Positions 22,468 through 60,619 of a stretch of DNA of 64,000 nucleotides are shown here, one piece after another. The DNA comes from the human T2T-CHM13v2.0 reference genome, Homo sapiens. The translations under genes and the position numbers were made by a program. How positions within the stretch are numbered: the stretch's first letter is position 1; each line of letters opens with the position of its first letter. The stretch lies in the NCBI RefSeq assembly GCF_009914755.1, contig NC_060926.1; one strand, written 5' to 3'. The notes beneath the pieces are model-generated. The model was not told where the DNA came from and ran no database searches. It was given only the letters and a program-made list of their open reading frames with translations.

Positions 22468-22549
22468 TTTAATAGAAGTAGGAAGAAAAATGGTACTTAG
22501 AACAAACTGTTCAGATACATATCAACTTCATAAGCACAAAAAATTTATT
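22468..22549 (-). terminator. CLK1: CLK1 3'UTR polyadenylation signals
   Basis: AATAAA at 22544-22549 and ATTAAA at 22468-22473 on the minus strand, 200-280 nt after the stop. Confidence 0.65.
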
Positions 22550-22751
22550 CTGAATAAATCACTTTACAATTACTGAAAAAGATGTTCATTACCTTAGCTA
22601 TGTACTTAATGAACCAAATTACCCAAACAAAAGAAACATGGCAATATAAAAATGTTAAGAATTTACAAAGCTGTACAAAATAACTTAAAATTTAAAAATT
22701 AGACTGATACAGTCTGTAAGATCTCTTCGAGAGAGCTGTCCAATTACAGAT

Positions 22752-31308
<8,557 letters not shown>

Positions 31309-31660
31309 CTACATAAAAGGCAAGTTTTTCCTAGTTAAATTGTACCCCACACTGAGCTGTTTAAAATTCGTAATTACAAAGGTCCCCTCGTGACCTCGTT
31401 TTAAGACCAAAATTCAAGAATCATTATCACCCAATCTGAAATCACTGATAAATCCAATTACTGTGTTGTCCCATATTCTGCAGTTTGAACTTCATTCACA
31501 GGCACTCTGCATTAGCCATATCATGCCCAGATTTATTGGAAGAATGCAAAAAAAAAAAAAAAGTGAAAAAAGTAGAGGGAGGAATCACAATTTACTAATT
31601 TTGGTACATTTTACCCCTGCCCTCCCAGTAGTACAAATATAGCACTATAGAAGTCCACGC

Positions 31661-32124
31661 TGTCAGGCCTCTGAGCCCAAGCTAAGCCATCATATCCCCA
31701 GTGACCTGCACGTATACATCCAGATGGCCTGAAGCAACTGAAGATCCACAAAAAAAGTAAAAATAGCCTTAACTGATGACATTCCACCATTGTGATTTAT
31801 TTCTGCCCCAACCTAACTGATCAATATACTTTGTAATCTCCCCCACCCTTAGGAAGGTTCTTTATAATCTCCCCCACCCTTAAGAAGGTTCTTTGTAATT
31901 CTCCCCGCCCTTGAGAATGTACTTTGTGAGATCCGCCCCCTGCTCCCAAAACATTGCTCTTAACTCCACCGCCTATCCCAAAACCTATAAGAACTAATGA
32001 TAATCCCACCACCCTTTGCCGACTCCTTTTTCTGACTCAGCCCGCCTGCACCCAGGTGAAATAAACAGCCATGTTGCTCACACAAAGCCTGCCTTTAGTG
32101 GTCTCTTCACAGACACGTGAAACA
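31661..32124 (+). mobile_element. Solo LTR7-family LTR (HERV-H), antisense in CLK1 intron 1
   Basis: TGTCAGGCCTCTGAGCCCAAGCTAAG...TGAAACA; TSD CACGC/CACGT; TATA-like CCTATAA near 31984; AATAAA at 32060. Confidence 0.92.
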
Positions 32125-32601
32125 CACGTCATTCTCCCCGTTTAAACGTGTACCAGAAACTAGTCTCCAACTCAAATGCAATCATAAATGTTCCTCACCA
32201 ACACCGCATTACTGATTACTGCAAACGTAATCAGAGTTATATCTGAGTTGCTGACAGAATCATCATTACAGAGCATTTCCGTAAACGGACAAATGAAACT
32301 ACCAAGGACTTTAATCACACACGAAGGCAACGGTGGCATCAGAATATAAAAACAACAAAACACCATCTTTCCAGTACCACTCCCAAAGCACATACAACAT
32401 AATTTATCCTAAACGCAATGTTAACACAATCTTTTTGGGAATGGTAGGAGCCACCTTCTTTTCAGAAATGCTTCGAGCAAAATCGAAAATCTCTAACCTA
32501 ACAACTTGAAAAAGACATTATACAGAAATTACTTCATCAACTGCCGTTCTTTCTTACCGGCGGGACCCCTCTGTGTCTTCCGCTACAATTCTTTTTTTTT
32601 T

Positions 32602-32695
32602 AACGCCAGTCAAATTTAGCGGTAGGGGTTGTATACTAATTTTCGTGACACTAATAACTATTAAGTTCTGATAACCCACTACCATTGGACCAGCC
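32602..32695 (-). pseudogene. Y4 RNA (RNY4) retropseudogene in CLK1 intron 1
   Basis: GGCTGGTCCAATGGTAGTGGGTTATCAGAACTTAAT...GCTAAATTTGACTGGC followed by a poly(A) tail (T run 32592-32601). Confidence 0.92.
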
Positions 32696-33096
32696 TGAGT
32701 ATAATTTTTAAAGCCCTCCAATTGGGTCGGGGGCCGTGGCTTATGCCTGTAACCCCAGCACTTTGGGAGGCCGAAGCAGGAGGGCTGCTTGAGCCCAGGA
32801 ATTCGAGACCAGCCAGGGTAATATAGAGAGACCCCGCCTCTATAAAAAATAAAAAATTAACCAGGGGTGGTGGCGCGCGCCTGTAGTCCCAACTACTCAG
32901 GAGGCTGAGGTGGGAAGATCACCTGAGCCCAGATGTCGAAGCTGCAGTGAGCCGTCATTGCGCCACTTGCACTCCGGCCGGGGCGACAGGGGCGAGACCT
33001 TGTCTCAAAAAAGAAAAAAAGGAGGCTGGGCGCAGTGGCTCACACCTGTAATCCCAGCACTTTGGGAGGCCGAAGCGGATGGATCACCTGAGGTCA

Positions 33097-33366
<270 letters not shown>

Positions 33367-33548
33367 TCACCTGACTTCTGTCACAACGCTCCTTCAAATA
33401 CACCCCAGCATTTCTCTTTCCTTGGGTTCCTAAATCTGGTTTTTGTTAACACCACTGAGGACAAAGCCACTCGCGATGTTTACGCCGACACTTTCATCAT
33501 TAGACATTAACTGTAACCCCTACGGGTTCCGTCTCTTTCTCCACTTAC

Positions 33549-33674
33549 TCCAGACAACGTTTCCCCACAGCTGCTTGGCTCACGCACATTCTGGAACCCC
33601 AGCAAATCCCCCCTCAACGGGGAGCCTCGCCTTTCCGGCCACAGGGCCGAAGCCGGCCTCCGCCCAGCCGCCAT
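33549..33674 (-). CDS. CLK1: CLK1 alternative first exon encoding a 42-aa N-terminal extension
   Basis: aagATGG context; 126 nt = MAAGRRPASALWPERRGSPLRGDLLGFQNVREPSSCGETLSG followed by gtaagt. Phase 0, in frame with the exon 2 ATG (526 aa total). Confidence 0.8.
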
Positions 33675-34011
33675 CTTACAGCTCCGCCGAGGCGGTTCAC
33701 AACATGGCGCCCGCCCGACCGTCCCGCGTCAGGCGGCGCCGCTTCCTCAGCGGAGGGCAGAAGCTCCAAGAGGGCGGCCGGCCTAGCAAACACCGTAACT
33801 ACCCCCGCAGGCCGGATCCGGCGGCGACAGGCTCGGCCGCGCAGGAAAGAGGGGCGCGCCGCCACTGTGCAGCCTGGGAGTGAAGGGAGCAGGCAGTCGT
33901 CGCGCCGGGGACGGCGGGCAGCAAACAAGCAGGAAAAGGGGGCATCGCCAGGCGCCCGCGAGGCTCACAGGAACGGCCCTGTCACCTAGTCCGCTCCCTC
34001 CTGCGTCTTAC

Positions 34012-34140
34012 CGTCCTGGACAAAGACTCCAAGTCGAAGGAGACAAAGCTTGTAACGCAATCACGGGAATCACGCAGCTGACTGCGTCGCGCACCAACAA
34101 CAAAATGGAGCTGACAGCTGCTGCGTCGAGACTCGTCTCG
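34012..34140 (-). other. CLK1: CLK1 non-coding exon 1 (5' end approximate)
   Basis: Donor ...GTCCAGGACG|gtaaga at 34012/34011 inside the CpG island; the TSS cannot be fixed from sequence. Confidence 0.75.
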
Positions 34141-34902
34141 AAAACACTGATGACGCAGCGAGCGCGTCTCCGCCGCGGGGCGGGTCATGCACGGGGCGAG
34201 CAGGCGGAAAGGGCGGGCGTGTCGCGCGCGCGACCATCGTGGGCGCAGGCGCCAGGGAGGGAACCAGAGCCCGCTGTGGCGGATGAAAGGAAGCCGTCGG
34301 CGTGTTGTCCCCACTCACTGATAGTTTTTGAACTCTAGAACAAGGAACAACTTGTGAACAAGGAAAAGTGAGGGAATCAGTATACACAGTAGCATGTACC
34401 CTGTTAGCGACCACTAAAACAATTGCTTTAAAACTAATACTTCACGGCGCGGTGGGTCACGCCTGTAACCCTAGCACTTTGGGAGGCCGAGGCGAGCAGA
34501 TCGCTGAGCCCAGGATTTCGAGACCAGCCTGGGCAGCATAGCGGGACCCGTCTCTAAAAAATAAATAAATAAATAAAATATACCACTAGCGTCAGATGGC
34601 TTCAAATTACTAATGGGATCAGTGTGAGCCAACAGAAATCAATGTTCTGCACCTTGATCCTCATGGTGCCTGCATCAGGCCCAACGTGGGCAGCCAGCAT
34701 ACCTCCCTGTCTATGATACTTTTATGGCCGTAACTGAGCACACATTCTAAAAATAAGCTCCTTGATAAGTTTTGAAGGGAAGGCCAGCGTTAAAGATACA
34801 GAGTGGCAGCTCTACAGCAACTGCGGGCTTTATGTCCAGCCTAAGACCTACAGAAGTGGGGAACCAGCCTAATGCCAGTGCCCACCAGTGGGGTACTTTT
34901 AG

Positions 34903-35226
<324 letters not shown>

Positions 35227-36429
35227 TGATCCACCCGCCTCGGCCTCCCAAAGTGATGGGATTACAGGCGTGAGCCACCACGACCCCCCGGGAATGTGGT
35301 GTTCTTTGCACTTTCTCCCGGCAGAATATGATAGGGGTGTTTCTTTAGTTGCGCCTTTGTCCGTTTTGTGGTCAGGTGGTTAGGCAGGATGTTTCTCACA
35401 GCCCGAACCCCTGTGGAATGTTTCACTTTGACCAAGGTCTGCAAAATAGAGGGTGGGGGAGACCAGGCAGGGCTGGGGAAACGGGGCAGGGCGGTGGGGG
35501 GGCAGGATTTACAAAATGGTGCAGTTTGGACTAACACTCCTAAAATCAAAAAAAACATATTTGCACCACTAATTAAAAGTGGCAGAGTTTAGAATAAAAC
35601 TTGGAGGAGGTCAGACGCAGTGGCTCACGCCTGTAATCCCAGCACTATGGAAGGCCAAGGCGGGTGGATCACGAGATCAGGAGTTCAAGACCAGCCTGGC
35701 CAAGATGGTGAAACCCCGTCTCTATTAAAAATACAAAAAATTAGCCGGGCGTGGTGACAGGCACCTGTAATCCCAGCTACTCGGGAGGCTGAGGCAGGAG
35801 AATTGCTTGAACCTAGGAGGTAGAGGTTGCAGTGAGCCGAGATCCACCATTGCACTCCAGCCTGGGCAACAGAGCAATACTCCGTCTCAAAAAAAAAAAA
35901 AAAAAAAGTGGCAAAACAAGGTCTGGCCAAAGAAAGGCCTTAATACTAAGTCTAGAAACTTAAATGATTAAAATTTTAAAAGTGAAACAAAATGTAAAGT
36001 CATTAGTATGCCGGGTGCGGTGGCTTACGCCTGTAATCCCAACACTTTGGGAGGCCAAGGTGGGTGGATCATGAGGTCAGGAGTTTGAGACCACCCTGGC
36101 CAACATGCTGAAACTGTCTCTACTAAAAATACAAAAACTAGCAAGGCGTGGTGGTGCTCACCTGTAATCCCAGCTACTTGGGAGGCTGAGGCAGAATTGC
36201 TTGAACCCGGGAGATGGAGGTTGCAGTGAGTCAAGATCGCGACATTGCGTACCAGCCTGGGCAATAGAGTGAGACTCTATCTCAAAAAAAAAAAAAAAAA
36301 AAAAAGAATTGCTTGAACCCTGGAGGCAGAGGTTGCAGTCAGCCGAGATTGCGCCACTGCATTCCAGCCCAGGCGACAGAGTGAGACTCTGTCTCAAAAA
36401 AAAAAAAAAGTCACTAGTATAACTGGCAC

Positions 36430-36940
36430 TGTTACGGTGGGTAGCTAGTCAGGTATGAACAAAGCAGGAGATGGCTCCCCCAAACACACACTAGGAGTGT
36501 CGGGCAACCATCAGGTGAGATGGTCAGGCGGTTATTAACTCTCTTGCTGAAGTAGTAATTGGTCACAGCTGGCACCAGGGAACGGCAGTCTCCTAATAGA
36601 AAACACCTGAAACTGGTGAGCAGCAGCTTCCCAATAAGATCTCAGGAGTTGGGCAAGTGGGGAGAAGTAATGCAAGACCTTGGAAGTATGCCAGTGTATA
36701 AAACGCCAAGTCAAAAGCTCAAGCCACACATTTATCTTTCAAGTCGCCCGCTTGGTCCTCTTCCAAGCGTACTTCCCTTTCTTTCATTCCTCCTCTAAAG
36801 CTTTTTAATAAACTTTCACTCTTGCTCTAAAACGTGCCTCACCCTCTCCTTCTGCCCCTCAGTCGAATTCTTTCTTCTGAGGAGGCAAGAATTGAGGTTG
36901 CTGCAGACCTGTACGGATACAGATTCGCTGCTAGTAAAAA
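36430..36940 (+). mobile_element. Solo ERV1 LTR (MER50-like)
   Basis: Start TGTTACGGTGGGTAGCTAGTCAGG, internal AATAAA, 4-bp TSD GCAC on both sides. Confidence 0.7.
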
Positions 36941-37824
36941 GCACCTCAGTTTAGTGGAAGATATAAATGGTGACAAGAGGATAGCTGTAAGCTAACTCCA
37001 AACTAGTCAAGAAAGAATCAAAACATTAATTAGACCAGCCATTGGAAGAAATGAGACAAACCAAGAACTGATGCCAAGACAAACATTTTGAGACGGAGTT
37101 TTGCTCTTGTCACCCAGGCTGGAGTCCAACGGCACGATCTCAGCTCACCGCAACCGCCGCCTCCCGGGGTTCAAACAATTCTCCTGCCTCAGCCTCCCGA
37201 GTAGCTGGGATTATAGGCATGTGCCACCACGCCCAGCTAATTTTGTATTTTTAATAGAGACAGGTTTTCTGTATGTTGGTCAGGCTGGTCTCGAACTCCC
37301 AACCTCAGGTGATCTGCCCGCCTTGGCCTCCCAAAGGGCTGGAATTACAGGCATGAGCCACTACGCTCGGCTGGTATAAGTTTTAGGAACACCCAAATCC
37401 AACCACTGTGATCTAGGCAGTGGGCAGAATATGGTCTTGATGAAATCAGTGGTAGAACCCAATGAATGGCTTGATGAGGTGAGAGCCCTGTGGTGGACAT
37501 GAATGTTAGGACAGCAGCTTCTACTTACTTACTACATGCCAGAAGCTTTACACACATTTAACCCTCACAATTGTCTTCTGAGGTATTATTTATGGATGAG
37601 AATACTAAAGCTTGAAGATGTTAACTTGCTTAAAGTTACACTGTAAGGGACACAGCTGTGATTCAAACACAGACCAGAACTCCACAAACTGGTGCCTTTA
37701 ACTAGTTCATTGCATTTTTCAAATGGATATTCTGTAAAGCTCCACTCTTCAATATTTTCAGAGATATGCCTTATGTTCTCACTTGTAATATAACCAAGTA
37801 TCCTAGCCTTGAAATGCATTTTAA

Positions 37825-38105
<281 letters not shown>

Positions 38106-38144
38106 TGAGCCACCGTGCCTGGCCCTTTCTTTCTTAATTTCAGA

Positions 38145-38921
38145 ATGTAGTCTTGTTAAAACCGTTTCCCTCCCTTTCCCGCCTCACACTCCCTTATACT
38201 ATGCACATTTATCTAACTGTACACTTGTTAAACTTACACTATACACTCTTATCTATAGGGTCTTAACTCTCTTGCCCAGGCTGGAGTCCAGTGGCACGAC
38301 CATGGATCACTGCAGTCTCTACTTCCCTAGCTCAAGCAATCCTCCCACCTCAGCCTTTTAAGTAGCTGGGGCTACCACATCCGGCTTTTTTTTTTTTTTT
38401 TTTTTTTTTTTCAATTTTTAGTAGATTCAAGGTCTCACTACGTTGCCCAGGCCGATCTAAAACTCCTGGGCTCAGGTGATCCTCCCACCTTGGCCTCCCC
38501 AAAGTGCTGCGATTATAGGTGTGAGCCACTGTGCCTGGCCCATCAAGGGCTAATCATGACATATACCAGGCTTGGAGACCCAGCTGCAAAATTCCAGAGA
38601 TTACCTTAAGGTGGTTAGTCAACAACCCAGCCATTGTTGAGATGATGCCAGCCCCCACTCCAGGTGGACCACAACTCAAGATAGCCACTACAGCAAGCCA
38701 CAGAGATCTGAAACCCTGCACCACTCCCGCATGCCTCCCATTCTAAGTTCCCTTTTTAAGCACCTCTCCCCAGCCTAAAGTTCAAAATGATTTCTTTAAG
38801 GTACTAGCTTTGGCCATTTCCCCACTGCTAGCTCTGGAATAAAGTCACTTTCCTTTTCCTGCATCTCCTCCTTGTTGTTGACTTTGCAAGTGGCGTGCAG
38901 CCCAGCCTGCATTCAGTTACA
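38145..38921 (+). mobile_element. ERV1-type LTR interrupted by an AluJ
   Basis: TG...CA ends, AATAAA at 38838; subfamily not assigned. Confidence 0.5.
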
Positions 38922-39156
38922 ATAAATGGGAGCTAAATCTTGGATTCACATGGACAAAAAGATGGGAACAGTGGACACTGGGGACTCCAAAAAAGGAGGA
39001 AGGGGCAGGGGCAAGGGCTGAAAAGCTTCCTTTTGGGCACTATGTTCACTGTCTGGGTGACAGGATCAGTAGAAGCCCAAACCTCAGCACCATGCATTAT
39101 ACACTTGTAACAAACCTGCACATGTACCTGCTGAATCTAAAATTAAAAAAAAAAAA
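38922..39156 (+). mobile_element. L1PB-type 3' end
   Basis: ataaatgggagctaa...gtaacaaacctgcacatgtacc...aatctaaaatt + A tail. Confidence 0.8.
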
Positions 39157-39328
39157 GATATGCCTTAAAAAATGTCCATGAGCAGGCCGGGTGTGGTGGC
39201 TCACGCCTGTAATCCCAGCACTTTGGGCGGCCAAGGTGGACGGATCACCTGAGGTCAGGAGCTCACGACCAGCCTGGCCAACATGGTGAAACCCTGTCTC
39301 TACTAAAAACACAAAAAAACAATAGCTA

Positions 39329-39749
<421 letters not shown>

Positions 39750-40284
39750 TAGCCAGGATGGTCTTGATCTCCTGATCTCGTGATCTGCCCATCTTGGCCT
39801 CCCAAAGTGCTGGGATTATAGGCGTCAGCCACCACACTCGGCCTCCAGGACCTCTGAGAGCCTTTACTGTAAACCTAAAGATCACACCTGTAATCCCAGC
39901 ACTTTGGGAGGCCGAGGTGGGCAGATCATGAGGTCAAAAGATCAAGACCATCCTGGCCAACATGGTCTCTGTAAACCCCGTCTCTACTGAAAAAAAAAAT
40001 ACAAAAAGTAGCTGGGCATGGTGGTGTGCACCTGTAGTCCCAGCTACTTGGGAGGCTGAGGCAGGAGAATCACTTGAACCTGGGAGGCAGGGGTTGCAGT
40101 GACCCGCTGCACTCCAGCCCGGGTAAAAGAGCAAGACTCCGTCTCAAAAAGAAAAAAAAAAAAATCAGAGAAAATAGCAAATGGATTGGCTGGCCTTTCC
40201 AGACTAACTTTTTATCCTGTCCCTCCTCTTTCTAACTGTATAAAGTGAATAATTAATGGTAGAGCTCTTACCGTTAGTATCAGT

Positions 40285-40447
40285 TTCAGGAATACCCAAA
40301 TTTTCAGATTTGGGGATACTTGCATATACATAATAAGATATCTTGGAGATGAGACCCAAATTTAAACATGAAGTTCATTTACGTTTCATATATACCTTAT
40401 ACACATAGCCTGAAGGTAATTTTACACAATATTTTAATTAATTTGTC
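40285..40447 (+). mobile_element. Tigger4/MER46-like DNA transposon fragment (second fragment at 43217-43340)
   Basis: gatatcttggagatgagacccaa...catagcctgaaggtaatttta; second piece ends gattagggattctcaacc (TIR-like). Confidence 0.6.
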
Positions 40448-40478
40448 CTACGATTTAATTCTTTAAAACTTTTTAAAT

Positions 40479-40484
40479 TTTATT
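40479..40484 (-). terminator. PPIL3: PPIL3 polyadenylation signal
   Basis: AATAAA on the minus strand about 360 nt after the stop. Confidence 0.55.
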
Positions 40485-40844
40485 ATAAAATAACACTTCC
40501 AGGATACGGACTTGCTGTGGGAGGAATATGTAATCAGGCCACTCAAAAATGCCTGCACTTGAGGCTGAGCATTTAAAAATGAATGTTCATATGTAACAAA
40601 AATTAAATGATGTATTTTTTGTATTAAAATTAAAGAAATATGTTGGATAATCATTATAATAAAGAATATGCTCTAAGAATGGGGATAAAAGCTGTTGGGC
40701 GCCCCTTGGTACCACCATTTCATAGAAGATCATAGTTGTAAACAAGCAGAAGGATGATGCAATCTCTGACATAATTAAAACCGGGTAAACCACAATAAGT
40801 GTGTTCCAGCAATTTGTCAAGTTATTTGTCCAGGTCTATCATAG

Positions 40845-57062
<16,218 letters not shown>

Positions 57063-57065
<3 letters not shown>

Positions 57066-57135
57066 TTTTCCTCTTAGTGGTTTCAGGAAGGACTACGTGA
57101 TTTCTCAGTCTTACAGCGAGCTCAAAAATAAGTCT
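57063..57135 (-). other. PPIL3: PPIL3 exon 2 (5'UTR, with ATG as its last 3 nt)
   Basis: tag|AGACTTATTTTTG...GGAAAAATG|gtaagt. Confidence 0.88.
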
Positions 57136-57400
57136 CTAGTCCCAAAAGAAAAAAAGAATTAGGCTCATTTTCCTGTCTTAACTCACACACGCTCATCTTT
57201 ACTGAACATTTTAAATAAAAACCTCGCCGGGCGTGGTGGCTCACGCCTATAATCCTAACACTTTGGGAGGCCGAGGCGGGTGGATCACTTGAGGTCAGGA
57301 GTTCGAGACCAGCCTGGCCAACATGGCGAAACCCCGTCTCTACTAAAAACACAAAAATTAGCCGGGTGTGGTGGCAGGCGCCTGTAGTCCTAGCTACTCA

Positions 57401-57502
<102 letters not shown>

Positions 57503-58405
57503 TCAAAAAAAAAAAAAAAAAAAATCCTCTAATGGCATCCCCTAGGTAATAAAAACCCGGCTATAGAAGATATCCTACCCGATTCAAGCCTCCCAATCTC
57601 CTACTTGCCCGGCTTGCTCTTCTTCAAGAGCCTCCTTGCAAGTCCCCCAATAACCCAGATACCTTCCCTTAGGGTCCAGGCATTGGGTGTCCCTTTTGCC
57701 TGGAATTCTTATACTCAGACATCTCTACGGCTAATTTCCTCACCTCCAAATTTCTGCTTAAATGTCAAGTTTAACTGACCTGACAATCCTACACAGAACT
57801 GCTTTAGCCCTTCAGCCCTAGGACATTCCTATTTCCTTCTCCCACAGCACTTATCACTAATATACTATGAAATTCGCTTTTTTTTTTTTTCACCACAGCA
57901 CTTATACTAATATACTATGAACTTTTTTTTTTCCACCACAGCACTTATCACTAATATACTATGAACTTCTCTTTTTTTTTCATTTTGAGACGGAGTCTCG
58001 CTATGTCGCCAGGCTGGAGTGCAGTGCGGCAGGATCTCGGCTCACTGCAACCTCCGCCTCCGCCTCCCGGGTTCAAGTGATTGTCGTGTCTCAGCCTCCC
58101 GAGTAGGTGGGACTACAGGCGCGCGCTACCATGCACGACTAATTTTTGTATTTTTAGTAGAGACGGGGTTTCGCCGTGTTGGCCAGGCTGGTCTCGAACT
58201 CCTGACTTCAGGTGATCCGCCCGCCTCGGCCTCCCGAAGTGCTGGGAGGCCGCCGTGCAGGGTCCTTCTTTTACTCTGACGTTGCAACAACAGCCTCGCC
58301 GCCCACTGTTCACTCGCAGTATCCCAAGAACTAAACCAGTAGCAACACAGAACTCAGCAAGCATTCGAATAAGTGAATGAAAGAATTAATGACGTTACTC
58401 CATAC

Positions 58406-58520
58406 TTGGGCTTCACCACTTCGTCTAGCACAGCCGTTGTTAAAACAGGAAAAATGCAATCGCAGATGCCAGCAGAGGTCTGTTGGTTCAAAATTATAGT
58501 TTCTTTGGGCCAGCGGAAGT
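58406..58520 (-). other. PPIL3: PPIL3 non-coding exon 1 (5' end approximate; a second possible donor at 58556/58555)
   Basis: Donor GAAGCCCAA|gtatgg at 58406; donor GGCG|gtaagg at 58556. Confidence 0.6.
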
Positions 58521-59230
58521 TGGGCGCGGGACCCAAGAGAGAGAACGCCCCTTACCGCCTCACCTCCTTCCTCCCCTCATCTTCCTATCTCAAACCAAAA
58601 CGACAATGCAATTTATCCCCAACCGGAAATTTGACAGTGAAAGGGAGCTCTACTAATAATTGCACTGAGACAAGAAGTGTAAGGCGAAACTACCTGGGCA
58701 ACCTCAAGCAATGCTTTACACTCGGCTGCCAAACGGAAAGGACCACTTCCGCCCAGCTCTCCCGCTACGGGGAGCCAAGTGCCACAGCATCCGGAGCGCC
58801 GACGCGGGACCGGAAGTGACGCAGAGAAGTTTCCGGGACTGGTGAGTAGTGGGCGATTTAAAAACCCGCGAGTGTAGTTGTGACCTTCGCGGTAGGTGCC
58901 GGTTGGGGCCGGCTGTGATTGTTATCTTGGTGCTGCAGAGGACAGCAGAAGAGGAGATTGGGTCAGAAAACTGCCCTGCCGCACCAGAGCACAGCGCACT
59001 AGTGGGACAGGGGTCCTGACTCAGACTTAACTGGCTGTGTCTCGTGGTTTTTCACTGTCCTGGAAAAGGCCTGAAGTGGCACTGAAATGAGGCATAGATG
59101 AGGTAACGTCGAGGGAGCGGTTTGCAGGTTGCAAAGGGGCCCTACTGATGCTGCTTAATAGTAAACAGTGCTTACTCTAGGACGGGAGTTGTTTCCAGCT
59201 TTACGTGTAAATCTCGCGATATTGTGGCCT
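58500..59230. promoter_or_regulatory. PPIL3/NIF3L1 bidirectional CpG promoter
   Basis: Head-to-head first exons; several ETS CGGAA(G/A)T cores (about 58514, 58624, 58745, 58811); CCGGAAGTGACGC at 58810-58822; TCTCGCGATA at 59212-59221. Confidence 0.85.
58815..59102 (+). other. NIF3L1: NIF3L1 alternative non-coding first exons (donors after 58841 and 59102; starts approximate)
   Basis: GGACTG|gtgagt and GATGAG|gtaacg donors just downstream of the ETS sites. Confidence 0.65.
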
Positions 59231-59524
59231 GGGCACTATTTCCATTAAGGAGGAAACTGCACAGGATAAGTCATTTACCTGCTGTTGCACAGCTCTGGCT
59301 CTAGGATTCAGGCTGGCTTCAGAGTCGGTGCTCTTAACCGCCATACTATGTTGCCTTCTGTTGTCGTTGTTGACTGTGGCCATGTAGCTTCGCAGTTTCC
59401 TCATCTGTAACAGTAAATAACTCAAAACCTGCATGATGGCCCACTAGGGTTTCACTTTCGAGCTTGCCAGATGTAGAAAATGCTGGAGAATGGAGTACTA
59501 TGAGGACCATTAGAAGATCTTTCA

Positions 59525-59698
<174 letters not shown>

Positions 59699-60340
59699 TC
59701 AGGAGGCTGAGGTGGGAGGATCTGCTTGAGCTCAGGAAGTCGAGGCTGCAGTGAGCTGAGATCACGCCACTGCACTCCAGCCTAGGCGCCTAGTGAAACC
59801 CTGTGTCAAAAAGAAAAAAACAAAAACAAACTTCCAAGACCTCGAGTGGTTTTTGGAGACCCTGTATCACTTCAAATAATGTGTTAAACAAGCATCTTCA
59901 TCTCATTAAATAGAAATGTTGAAAAATTGCTTTTGGAATAATTGACTTATGGATATTTCATCAAATTTACAGTTGGCTATGCTTTCTTATTGTGCATACT
60001 ATGAAATGTTTTTCTTCAAAAAGTGTTTATAAGTGGTAAGTTTAAGAATGGGGTTGACAGCATTATCTTTTGTGGTTATTTGATTAAACATTTACTAATT
60101 GTGCATATTTTGGAGCCAGCAGTTTTTTTCTACCTTTCCATTGCCCTCCCACCTTCCCTCTGTTGCCAACCTTTTCAGTTCCTTGTTGGATGTAGATACT
60201 TAGAAGGCTTACAGGCTGTCTGGGAAAAGTACCCTATACCTTATCCCCTCCCACCTCTTGAGCCTGGCCTTTGTGTAGCAAATGTTGCTTAAGGGGCAGT
60301 GGCTTCTCCCTTCTTCTGCCTTGACCCTGCCCATTTATAG

Positions 60341-60619
<279 letters not shown>

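Noticed and set aside
34325-34367. GAA-repeat cluster as a heat-shock element upstream of CLK1
   Set aside because: It does not form three correctly spaced alternating nGAAn units
33443-34414. 104-152 aa ORFs over the CLK1 CpG island (similarly 58373-58819)
   Set aside because: Expected from stop-codon scarcity in GC-rich promoter DNA; no recognisable domains
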